DNA of 64,000 nt, taken from positions 82,213-146,212 of the forward strand of contig JBJLBO010000001.1 of NCBI GenBank assembly GCA_045568115.1. Reading direction: 5' to 3'. The notes beneath the pieces were generated by a model. The model was not told where the DNA came from and made no database searches. It worked only from the letters and a program-made list of their open reading frames with translations. Below, in pieces: positions 50,070 through 59,145 of this stretch; the first letter of the stretch is position 1, and every line of letters begins with the position of its first letter. The position numbers and the translations under genes are program-made. The stretch is from Candidatus Thalassarchaeaceae archaeon (GTDB lineage: Archaea > Thermoplasmatota > Poseidoniia > Poseidoniales > Thalassarchaeaceae).

Positions 50070-50933
50070 TCACTCTTCCTCATCCATATCTAGAAAACGT
50101 GTCGGCCACATCTCTCCTGAGATTTTTACAGGGGGGTTTTCAATAATTGACGCAAATCTCTCGTCAGATACAATTTCTTCAGAGAAAAGGTCGTGAAGAG
50201 TACCACCCCTATGCTTCAAAGTGAAGGCGATGAATGAGTCCTTTCCTCTTGTAACTCCAACTAAGGTAGCGGCGTATCCGGGAAGGAGTAATTCCCAATG
50301 TGCAATTGGTCCATTTCGGAATGTTCTAGAATCTCTTTCCCAACCATCACCAAGGAAATCTTCCGAGATGTCTTTACGATTTATTGGAAGTAACCAACGG
50401 GCTGAATTATGGCCTACACATTCTGTGATATTGGAAATTGTTCTATACTGAGCAAATCCAAAAATAAGATAGGCCAACCAACCAACGAGAGGGTCAATTA
50501 AGACATGAAGGAAGAACACTACAGTACCCAATATAATCAGATGAAATTCAAATGGAAACGTATCAAAGAATCCAGAACGTGCACGATTAACTAAGCCGTC
50601 TCTAAGACGAGAAAATGGTACTATGAGTAACAACCAACTAATTAGAAATAGAACCAAGGCTACATTCTGATCATCAGGAGTTCGTCCAGGAAATGCAAGA
50701 GGAAATGACGAAGCGATAAGGAAAAATGGCGCCCAAGCCGTTGTGTAGAGAATCATTGGTCCGAGAGGAGAGAGGCGTTGACGAATCCAACCACGACCGC
50801 CTTTTCGATTAGTAGTAGAACTCCAAGAAGAGGGTGGTTCTACCTCTCCTTTGATGTAGTCAGGAGCGGAATCGTGATTAGGAAACCAGTGTGATTCACC
50901 ACACAACCATTCTGAATCGCGAGCCGCTTGCAC
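50070..50933 (-). CDS. Hypothetical membrane protein (about 4 TM helices)
   Basis: 287-aa ORF with hydrophobic segments, co-oriented with its neighbours. Confidence 0.7.
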   Translation of the reverse strand: MQAARDSEWLCGESHWFPNHDSAPDYIKGEVEPPSSWSSTTNRKGGRGWIRQRLSPLGPMILYTTAWAPFFLIASSFPLAFPGRTPDDQNVALVLFLISWLLLIVPFSRLRDGLVNRARSGFFDTFPFEFHLIILGTVVFFLHVLIDPLVGWLAYLIFGFAQYRTISNITECVGHNSARWLLPINRKDISEDFLGDGWERDSRTFRNGPIAHWELLLPGYAATLVGVTRGKDSFIAFTLKHRGGTLHDLFSEEIVSDERFASIIENPPVKISGEMWPTRFLDMDEEE

Positions 50934-50975
50934 ATATTGTCGGTAAGCCTGCTCATATTTGGTTGGAAGTACTCA

Positions 50976-52460
50976 TCAGTCAGTAAGTGGATGGCGAAGC
51001 ACTAAACTTCTAGCAGCTAGAACTTCATCAACTCTACGAACCTTAGTGTCGTGTGGTGCTGTTGTGACAATTTCTGGATCTTCTGCCAGAATTGTGAGAA
51101 AATCTTTCGCGAATTTGTCTAAAACTTCCTTTGATTCAGTCTCAGTTGGTTCAATCATTAGGCACTCCGGAACTATCATTGGGAAATACAGAGTTGGAGA
51201 CATGTAGCCATAATCGAGCAATCTTTTTGCTACATCTTTACCTGAAACTCCTACAGCATCCTTCAGAGGAGTCATGGACAACGTGAATTCATGTTTCACT
51301 ACATCTGCTGGCGCTCCATCTAATGGCATTGCATGGACTCCTTCAGCGCCCTGCATTATCCGGTGACGGAGGTAATTCGCATTGAGGACAGCATGTTCGC
51401 TCATCTTCTCTAGTTCACGTCCATACCTACGATAGAAGGCCCAAGAACGGATTACTGCGCCGGCATTCCCATGCCATTGTTGAACCTTGCCGATGCTTTT
51501 TTCAGGAGTTCTCCAGAAGTAACGGAACCCATCTCCAACAATACCCCCTCCTTCAGTCTCCTCACGATCAGCCACAGGAGCAGGTAGGTATGCTGCGAGA
51601 TGTGACTTGACACCTATCGGTCCACTACCAGGACCACCTCCTCCGTGAGGCTGACTGAAGGTTTTGTGAAGATTGTAGTGTACCGCATCGAATCCCATCC
51701 GGCCGGGATCTGTTTTGCCAAGTATCGCATTGAAGTTGGCTCCGTCGTAATACATTTGACCACCGGCAGCGTGAACTATCTCAGCAGCTTGTGCAATCTC
51801 AGGCTCAAATATCCCTAATGTGTTAGGATTGGTAACCATCATCGCGGCAGTATCATCCCCAACTGCAGCTCCCAAAGCATCCAAGTCTAACCGGCCATCA
51901 GATCCACTTGGTATCTCAATTACCTCATATCCGCACATTGCTGCAGATGCGGGATTAGTTCCGTGAGCAGAATCAGGAACGATGACTTTGTCTCTATGAC
52001 CCTCACCAATGTCACGGTGGTATTCTTGAATACATCTAATTGCAGCAAACTCGCCTTGAGCGCCAGCAACTGGTTGCAACGTGACTTGATCCATTCCAGC
52101 ACATATCTCAAGCATCTCTTGCATCTCAAAGAAGATAGCGAGCAAACCTTGGATTTGATGCTCTGGTTGTAATGGATGAATCCGATCAATACCTGGAAGG
52201 TTAACAATTCTCTCGTTAACTCTGGGGTTGTGTTTCATTGTGCACGAACCCAATGGATAGAAACCTGTATCTATTCCGAAGTTTCTCTGTGAAAGCCATG
52301 TATAGTGCCTGACGAGTTCCGGTTCACTAGCCCTTGGCCATTCAGGAAGTTTTGATCTGCGTAGAGAAATTGGGATTGTTTTTTCTGCGCCTTCAAACAT
52401 AGGAGGGGGCTGAGACCACCCACTTCCAGCCGCTCCATTGAATTCGTAGATATCGCTCAA
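50976..52460 (-). CDS. gcvPB: Glycine dehydrogenase (decarboxylating) subunit 2
   Basis: YPLGSCTMKHNP, QPVAGAQGE, DSAHGTNPASA, NLHKTFSQPHGGGGPG (PLP lysine) and MIEPTETES. Confidence 0.96.
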   Translation of the reverse strand: MSDIYEFNGAAGSGWSQPPPMFEGAEKTIPISLRRSKLPEWPRASEPELVRHYTWLSQRNFGIDTGFYPLGSCTMKHNPRVNERIVNLPGIDRIHPLQPEHQIQGLLAIFFEMQEMLEICAGMDQVTLQPVAGAQGEFAAIRCIQEYHRDIGEGHRDKVIVPDSAHGTNPASAAMCGYEVIEIPSGSDGRLDLDALGAAVGDDTAAMMVTNPNTLGIFEPEIAQAAEIVHAAGGQMYYDGANFNAILGKTDPGRMGFDAVHYNLHKTFSQPHGGGGPGSGPIGVKSHLAAYLPAPVADREETEGGGIVGDGFRYFWRTPEKSIGKVQQWHGNAGAVIRSWAFYRRYGRELEKMSEHAVLNANYLRHRIMQGAEGVHAMPLDGAPADVVKHEFTLSMTPLKDAVGVSGKDVAKRLLDYGYMSPTLYFPMIVPECLMIEPTETESKEVLDKFAKDFLTILAEDPEIVTTAPHDTKVRRVDEVLAARSLVLRHPLTD

Positions 52461-53824
52461 GAAACCACCTCCTCAATCCAAGAACTGAGTGCATCAACTA
52501 ATGCATCAATATCTGACTTACTAGTTCTTTCATCGCAACCAATTAGAAGGTGTGAAGACTTCGAGTTCCACCATTCTCCAATATCGAAGCCACCCAGAAC
52601 TCCTCTATCATCCATGAATAATAGAGCATCACTGGCGAGACCTGGTAATTTGACAGAAAATTCTCTGAAATTAGGCATACTAGGAGATACTAGTTCGACA
52701 TTTTCAATTGAAGAAATTGCTTTCTTTGCTGCCTCTGTGGATGCTGCCACACGTAATGCTAGACGCTCTAGACCTTCGGGTCCTAAGAGAGCCATGTGCA
52801 TAGCACCCATCAAAGCGATTAATGTTTCATTAGAACAAATGTTTGAAGTTGCACGATGACGACGAATATGTTGTTCACGTGTTGAAAGAGTCAGTGTGAA
52901 AGCATCACGTCCATCCTCATCCAGAGTCTTTCCAACAATACGACCGGGCATCTGGCGAAGGTACTCCATATTACAGGCGAATAATCCGTAAATTGGCCCA
53001 CCAGCGGTTGGACCGATTCCGAAAGGCTGGCCCTCTCCAACAACAATATCCGCCCCATAATTCCCAGGTGCCTCAACAATACCTAGCGATACCGCATCAA
53101 CACCAACGATTAACGCGGTATGCTCTCCTATGATTTCCTTCAATTGTGTGATTCCCTCATCTAACTGGCCAAAGGCATTGGGCTGCTCAACATATACAGC
53201 GCAAGCACCGGCTGCAACATGTGCAGCCTCAAGATCAATTTGGCCGTCTTCGCCATGCTCAAGAATACGCAATTCAATTCCACCGCCTTGTGTGTAATTC
53301 TCAATCACTGAAAATCGGTGAGGTGGTACAAACTGTGAAACATAAACAACTCCTTTTTGCTCGGCCTTACGACCCTTGACTCTGACCGCACAGGTGATTG
53401 CTTCTGCGGCTGATGTGCTGGCATCATACATCGAGACATTGGATACAGGAAGAGCAACTAATTCTGAAATCATTGTTTGGAACTCCCACATAGCCTGTAG
53501 CATTCCTTGAGATACTTCTGGTTGGTAAGGAGTGTAAGCCGTAAGGAACTCTCCTCTAGTGGCTAACATCCCAACCATAGTAGGAACAAAGTTTCGAGCC
53601 AATCCAGTTGATAGAAATGATGGGCGTGAATCTAAGTCGATGTTTACCCCCAACAAACGTTGTGCATCAGCTAGAATTTCCTCCTCTGATTGAGGCTCGG
53701 GTAATGGAAGAACTTCAGTTCTGCGAACCTCCTCAGGGATGTCCGAGAATAAATCATCAATGGATGAAAGACCCATCTCTTTCAGCATCTCATTCTCGCG
53801 ACCTAGATTCGGAAGTTGGTCCAT
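52457..53824 (-). CDS. gcvPA: Glycine dehydrogenase (decarboxylating) subunit 1
   Basis: EFLTAYTPYQPEVSQGMLQ, SMYDAS, QMPGRIVG and TREQHIRRHRATSNICSN. Confidence 0.96.
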   Translation of the reverse strand: MDQLPNLGRENEMLKEMGLSSIDDLFSDIPEEVRRTEVLPLPEPQSEEEILADAQRLLGVNIDLDSRPSFLSTGLARNFVPTMVGMLATRGEFLTAYTPYQPEVSQGMLQAMWEFQTMISELVALPVSNVSMYDASTSAAEAITCAVRVKGRKAEQKGVVYVSQFVPPHRFSVIENYTQGGGIELRILEHGEDGQIDLEAAHVAAGACAVYVEQPNAFGQLDEGITQLKEIIGEHTALIVGVDAVSLGIVEAPGNYGADIVVGEGQPFGIGPTAGGPIYGLFACNMEYLRQMPGRIVGKTLDEDGRDAFTLTLSTREQHIRRHRATSNICSNETLIALMGAMHMALLGPEGLERLALRVAASTEAAKKAISSIENVELVSPSMPNFREFSVKLPGLASDALLFMDDRGVLGGFDIGEWWNSKSSHLLIGCDERTSKSDIDALVDALSSWIEEVVS

Positions 53825-53954
53825 GAGAGAGCACCTGAGCGCCTTAGGCGAGTCCTCTGTGGCATAACGAGTGCTTCAATAGTTCTACGAGCAAATCAAC
53901 ACCTTCACCAGAAACACTCTTAGGTCTGAAGAAGGAGAGAGTATTAGTGATGGA

Positions 53955-54800
53955 ATGAAGGTAGCAGTCAGCGCCCCCGACCACTTTGTTGCTCCGTACA
54001 TCATGGAGATGCTTGGAGACTCTGCCGTTCCAATCACTGCAGAGGCAATGGAAAACACTCTTGTTCTAGATGCATTGCTCACTTCTTGTAATGCGATTAT
54101 CCACATTAACTCAAAGCCAGCAGATGGCTCACTTGGTAGAGATGACCGAGAAATTCTTCTGAAAATGAGAGAACAATCACGGCCTATTCTTGAAGCAGTA
54201 AACAGGCATGGTGAGTTGCACCTAATCATCGTTGGAACACTCAGAGTTCACCCACAATGGACACCTGGCGAACCCTACTATGGTTACGACTCAACCCTTG
54301 CACCACGAGATGTAGCAGCCGAGGGACAATTATGGATGGAAGAAGCGGCTCTCGAGAGAGCACAGGCAGAACGGCCAGTTAGTATCATTCGGGCATCAAA
54401 TGTACAAGGAGTATTATTGGATGGCTCTGAGGCTAATGGACTTCTGCACAGATGGTCTATGGAATCAATGATGGGATGGGTAAATGTCCCTGGTGACGGA
54501 AACGGAATCAAAGATTTTGTTCATGTACAAGATTTGGTTGCAGTTATTGGTGCCGTCTTAGAAAACCCCCCTCCTACTAGAGAGAGCATGTCTGTTGGTT
54601 CTGGAAAAGGAATATCAATGCTAGATCTAGCGGCAATTTACAATCAAAAAACCGGCTGTGAAACCGAATTAGCACAGGACGAGTCACAAGAGGTTTTCGG
54701 AGTTGTTGACGCTAGAGATTTAGAAATGAGATTGGGGTTCTCCCCTCAGATTAGTCTCGATGAAATGATTGAAGAAGCATTTGAATTCGCAGGTCACTGA
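53955..54800 (+). CDS. NAD-dependent epimerase/dehydratase-fold protein with degenerate motifs
   Basis: IIRASNVQG, GDGNGIKDFVHVQDL, VGSGKGISM and LGFSPQISL match extended SDRs; the GxxGxxG and YxxxK motifs are missing. Confidence 0.75.
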   Translation: MKVAVSAPDHFVAPYIMEMLGDSAVPITAEAMENTLVLDALLTSCNAIIHINSKPADGSLGRDDREILLKMREQSRPILEAVNRHGELHLIIVGTLRVHPQWTPGEPYYGYDSTLAPRDVAAEGQLWMEEAALERAQAERPVSIIRASNVQGVLLDGSEANGLLHRWSMESMMGWVNVPGDGNGIKDFVHVQDLVAVIGAVLENPPPTRESMSVGSGKGISMLDLAAIYNQKTGCETELAQDESQEVFGVVDARDLEMRLGFSPQISLDEMIEEAFEFAGH

Positions 54801-56740
54801 GCGTTAAGCTCTAGTCTTTTGCGAATCCCATTCCATTTGTGAACACTAACAACTATTGCAAGTTCACTATGTGAGCGAATATCACTGACGTCATAATCTG
54901 GTTTCAAGTGAATCTCGACTTCACCCACTCCGTCTATCTTTCCAATAACAGTTTGACCGCCTCGATATGCATCATCAAGACCAATTGAAAAGGTCCTCTC
55001 TATTTTTTCAACTTGTAACATAACAGAAGTTTCCTTACCTTCTGTTTCAGCAATAATTGCCTGTTGGTCATTCAAGAATCTAGCTTCATTGAGGATAGTA
55101 GAAACTTGTGAAAGGTCCAGTGAAGAGGCCTCAGATACTACAGAAGTGGAGGGATCAGGTGTTTCAGAAATTACAGAACTTGATACAGAAGAACCCGTGA
55201 CTTCTTGTCTCGATTTGCTGCGAGAATAAACCTCGGGAGAATCGGGAACCGAAACGCGATCAGGGACATTGACTCGATCTGGAGTTTCTACGTGATGTTT
55301 ATTATGCCACTCAGATGATGATTCCTGACTCGGAGTTTCTACCTTATGAGTATCATGCCATTCCTGAGAGGATTGATATCTAGATTCCGCGCTGCCTCTG
55401 ATTTCTCCGACTGCTGTTTCAACAGTTCGATCAGCAACATTTCTAATCACAGCATCAACTGCAGCTTCCTGAGGCGTCTGCATGTCTATGCTTGTCGAAT
55501 TCGCAACAATCGCCGCAGTTGTCCCTCCAACAAGACCCGCTACTGCGGCCCCCTTAGCCAAATCTGCCGCTTCGGGTATATGAGCTCGCGTAGCCAATAC
55601 CATTTCTTCTGCCTTTTCAGCCCAAATATTCCGTGCTGATGCTTGCATAAAGAAGGGGAGTTTTTGGATTCTTTCTTCGACATGGAAATCAGCAACTTGC
55701 CTCGCCTCTTGTATGGTTAATTCAGGATTATTAGCCACTGCCTCCACTCTTAATGCAATATCACTGACAAAATTCTCTTCGGAAAAATTCTCATTCAATG
55801 ATTCAACTGGAGCAAGAAGAGGCACCACATTGAATTCCACATATGCCAACTCACTCCCACCCTCATCCTTGTCATGAAGTCTAATAGTCCAATCACCCAA
55901 CCCTGGATTAGGGAATGAAAATTCTCCAATTGTTGCCCCTTGAAGGTACTTGTAACTAACATCATGCTCGTCATTCACAGCCTCATCACCATGTGGAATT
56001 TCAGCAGGAATGACCCCAATCCAAGCATCATGAGACATCTCAGGGACTGTGAAATCAAGGACTATTTCTTCATTAGAATAAAAGTTAGATTTGGCGATTT
56101 CAAGGCGAATTGCGGATGTATTTTCATCACTAGCCTCTGAGGGGCTGACGGTTGGCTCATCTCCAGTCATACTAATTGTTAATTGTCCAACTCCAACCCA
56201 TCTTCTAGTTCCAATTGGAATTTTTCCACCTGATGCTCTAGTCCATCCACCACGATACCAATCGTTGTGGCCATCTTGTTCACGGTCATCAAGATTCCAA
56301 GAACTGGCTGAAGTATTAGCATTTGTGAAATACATTCGATTACCATTTGATTTCTTGAACCACGGCATGCCATTTATCAGGTCTGATTGTCTCGAATAAG
56401 AACCATTGTAGGCCGGATTAGAATGACCTGAAATTTGTATGCCGCCAACTTCTCCTTCAGCCACAGGAGAATCCCCCCGATCGATTAATGCGTACAATTC
56501 TGCTAATTCTAGAGAACCATTATTGTCACCATCTAGAACACCAAATACAGCACGAATTATTGGTTCTGGAGCACTTTGTCCTGTAATCGCAGATAATGCT
56601 GTTCGAAATTCTTGAAGATCTAGAGAACCGTTTCCATCGGCATCATACTTTTCAAATACCATTTCTGCAGTATATCCCTTATCTGCTAGAATTTCCTGAA
56701 GCTTTTTGATAGCAACTGCTTCGAAATTTCGGCTTGCCAT
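54794..56740 (-). CDS. EF-hand domain-containing multidomain protein
   Basis: Two canonical loops DADGNGSLDLQE and DGDNNGSLELAE; middle Ig/SKICH-like segment (DAWIGVIP..YKYL..GDWTIRL); low-complexity linker; C-terminal beta domain. Confidence 0.8.
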   Translation of the reverse strand: MASRNFEAVAIKKLQEILADKGYTAEMVFEKYDADGNGSLDLQEFRTALSAITGQSAPEPIIRAVFGVLDGDNNGSLELAELYALIDRGDSPVAEGEVGGIQISGHSNPAYNGSYSRQSDLINGMPWFKKSNGNRMYFTNANTSASSWNLDDREQDGHNDWYRGGWTRASGGKIPIGTRRWVGVGQLTISMTGDEPTVSPSEASDENTSAIRLEIAKSNFYSNEEIVLDFTVPEMSHDAWIGVIPAEIPHGDEAVNDEHDVSYKYLQGATIGEFSFPNPGLGDWTIRLHDKDEGGSELAYVEFNVVPLLAPVESLNENFSEENFVSDIALRVEAVANNPELTIQEARQVADFHVEERIQKLPFFMQASARNIWAEKAEEMVLATRAHIPEAADLAKGAAVAGLVGGTTAAIVANSTSIDMQTPQEAAVDAVIRNVADRTVETAVGEIRGSAESRYQSSQEWHDTHKVETPSQESSSEWHNKHHVETPDRVNVPDRVSVPDSPEVYSRSKSRQEVTGSSVSSSVISETPDPSTSVVSEASSLDLSQVSTILNEARFLNDQQAIIAETEGKETSVMLQVEKIERTFSIGLDDAYRGGQTVIGKIDGVGEVEIHLKPDYDVSDIRSHSELAIVVSVHKWNGIRKRLELNAQ

Positions 56741-56812
56741 GACTACTTCTCCGATGTTCTGTATACCCTTCTACCCAATAGCATTACGCCGTCACCGTTG
56801 TAAAAATAATTA

Positions 56813-57964
56813 CTAAACAAAAGGAGGTTGTACGACTTCAGCCCTTACTCTACGGCGAGAACTGGCCTGAATCCAAACTTCATCGCCCACTTGCACATCA
56901 TCAAGATATGCCATAGCAATCCCAGTTCTGGATAAAGATGGAGACGGCCCTCCACTTGTTACATACCCAACTAGTATTGAATCATCAGAATCGGATTTTA
57001 AAACGCGATGGCCAAGGCGTGGAGAAGGACCTCTATCAAGGCATTTCAGACCACGCCAACGTGAGCCAGATTCAAGAGATTCTGCAACGCGTTGACGGCC
57101 TACAAAATCATGCTCCATATCCAAACCGAATGGAACAGCGGTCTCAGCTGTGTCACGAGATAGGAAATTACTGGGCAGAGATTCGTCTTCATGTAATCCC
57201 AAACCGGGCCAGAGAAAATCTTGCCCCGATAGTAAATATCCCTTTTCTAACCGAAGAGTATCTCTTGCTCCAAGTCCTACAGGAACAAGCCCATGTGACT
57301 TTCCACCCTCAATTAAAGCACTCCAGAGTTTAGGGGCCTGTTCATTTGGAACAAAAATCTCAACACCCTTCTCACCCGTATATCCAGTACCCTGAATCCA
57401 TCCACTTACACCCAAATCATTAACCATAATCTCACTACATTTGAATCGGCCAACCATATTTTCTTGGCCAAGGACTTCACCAATTATAGCAGGTGCTGTA
57501 GGGCCTTGGACTGCGATGATACTGGTTTGATCTGACAAATCAACAATCTCAACAGAGCCATCCTTTGGTAGTAATTTTTGAAACCAATCCCACATAGTAG
57601 ATATCATCGAGGCATTTGGAACCCCAAGTATTTCTGAATCCGATTTCACAGCGAATATCATATCGTCAATTATTCGACCATCATGATCGAGGAAATGTGT
57701 ATAGCCACAACGAGAAGGAGTGAAGGAAGATATTCGCTGAGTTGAAATATCCTCAAGCCAATCAGAGACTTTGGAGCCTTTGAATGCGAAGAAACCCATA
57801 TGCGACACATCAAACATCCCTGCAGCAGAACGGCAAGAGAGATGTTCTTCCTGGATTGAAGAATACCAAATCGGCAATTCAAAACCATGGAAATCTACGA
57901 GCTTCGCACCCGCTTCCACATGGCAATCAAACAATGCTGTGCGCACCGGGTTACCGCTCGTCAC
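56813..57964 (-). CDS. gcvT: Glycine cleavage system aminomethyltransferase T
   Basis: RTALFD, GMFDVSHMG, IIDD, GYTGEKGVE, GLGARDTLRLEKG and GYVTSG. Confidence 0.95.
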   Translation of the reverse strand: MTSGNPVRTALFDCHVEAGAKLVDFHGFELPIWYSSIQEEHLSCRSAAGMFDVSHMGFFAFKGSKVSDWLEDISTQRISSFTPSRCGYTHFLDHDGRIIDDMIFAVKSDSEILGVPNASMISTMWDWFQKLLPKDGSVEIVDLSDQTSIIAVQGPTAPAIIGEVLGQENMVGRFKCSEIMVNDLGVSGWIQGTGYTGEKGVEIFVPNEQAPKLWSALIEGGKSHGLVPVGLGARDTLRLEKGYLLSGQDFLWPGLGLHEDESLPSNFLSRDTAETAVPFGLDMEHDFVGRQRVAESLESGSRWRGLKCLDRGPSPRLGHRVLKSDSDDSILVGYVTSGGPSPSLSRTGIAMAYLDDVQVGDEVWIQASSRRRVRAEVVQPPFV

Positions 57965-58109
57965 GAACTAAACCAACCACAACAGGTGCAAGAATGGTTC
58001 GGGAAGACAACTTCGGTTCAATATCATTATTTTGAAGACAAGAGGAATAAACATGAGGGAGTTAGTATTAAATAATAGAAGCCCTACTATACAACTGCGA
58101 GTTGATAAG

Positions 58110-59129
58110 ATGGAAAGACGTACTAAGAGCCGGGGCGCACGAAAGAAGAGCACTTCTACAGCCACTAATAGGAGAGAAGAGTTCTCTCCTAGTTCTAGGC
58201 CATCTCGTGCACGAAACACCGAAGCTGTGTCTGGTGCATGCAAAATTTGTGCAAGTGATGAATGGGATACTGATGTCACCCGTGGTGAAACCACATGTTC
58301 AGTTTGCGGATATGTTGCTGCAGAGAATATGATTGACCCCGGTGCTGAATGGGTCAACCACTCACAAGGTACAGATCGTAGCCGGGTTGGAGCGCCCACG
58401 ACACTTACTCTCTCAGACAAAGGCCTCTCAAGTGAAATTAGTCGAATTGACCTGACTTCAGGTGCTGCCAAGCGTCATGGAATGAGTGGGAAGCAAGCTA
58501 GAGAGTGGAGGCGACGTCAGCGAATTGATCAGCGTAGTAAGACTCGTGATTCAAGGGCACGTAATTTGACGAAGGCTATGCAATTTATCCGCGATCGTGG
58601 AAACTTACCGCCTCAAATCGAACAGCAGGCGGCTTCTCTATATCGGAAATCGGTAGAAAATGGCTTAGTTACTGGGAGAAGTATTCGTGGAGTTTCTGCT
58701 GCTTGTGTTTACATTGCTGCTAGAGAAGCGAAAATCCCGAGGCGTATTGAAGACATTGGCGAAGCATTTGACATGCGAAGTGAAGTCGAAGAAAAGGAAT
58801 TGAAGCGGACTATTCGATTGGTTGCCCGTAATTTAGGGACACATCACATAACTGGTCCTGAAGAATACTTTGAGAGATTTCACTCAGAATTGCAGCTACC
58901 TCCTTCAGTTTTAGGAGCTACTCGAGACATTTGGAAGAAAGTCGGAGAGAATCTTTCTTGGCAAGGCAAAAAGCCCTCCGGTATTGCTGGTGTGATTCTT
59001 TACAGAGCTTCACAAGAAAGTACATCACCACGTACTCAAAGTGAAGTATGCAAGGTTTCTGGGATTAGTGAAGTCACCCTTAGAGGGCTGCTCAAGATTC
59101 TCAATGAATTATACCCTTCAGCAGTCTAG
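58110..59129 (+). CDS. tfb: Transcription initiation factor IIB (TFB) family protein
   Basis: Zn ribbon CKIC..CSVCG, IDPGAEW, SRVGAP, DKGLSS and two cyclin repeats (GRSIRGVSAACVYIAAR; GKKPSGIAG..RTQSEV). Start uncertain (58032, 58053 or 58110). Confidence 0.92.
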   Translation: MERRTKSRGARKKSTSTATNRREEFSPSSRPSRARNTEAVSGACKICASDEWDTDVTRGETTCSVCGYVAAENMIDPGAEWVNHSQGTDRSRVGAPTTLTLSDKGLSSEISRIDLTSGAAKRHGMSGKQAREWRRRQRIDQRSKTRDSRARNLTKAMQFIRDRGNLPPQIEQQAASLYRKSVENGLVTGRSIRGVSAACVYIAAREAKIPRRIEDIGEAFDMRSEVEEKELKRTIRLVARNLGTHHITGPEEYFERFHSELQLPPSVLGATRDIWKKVGENLSWQGKKPSGIAGVILYRASQESTSPRTQSEVCKVSGISEVTLRGLLKILNELYPSAV

Positions 59130-59145
59130 TTATGGCATTGACGTC

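Noticed and set aside
57968..58471. 167-aa minus-strand ORF upstream of gcvT
   Set aside because: Antisense to the conserved TFB N-terminal region, with no recognisable motifs.
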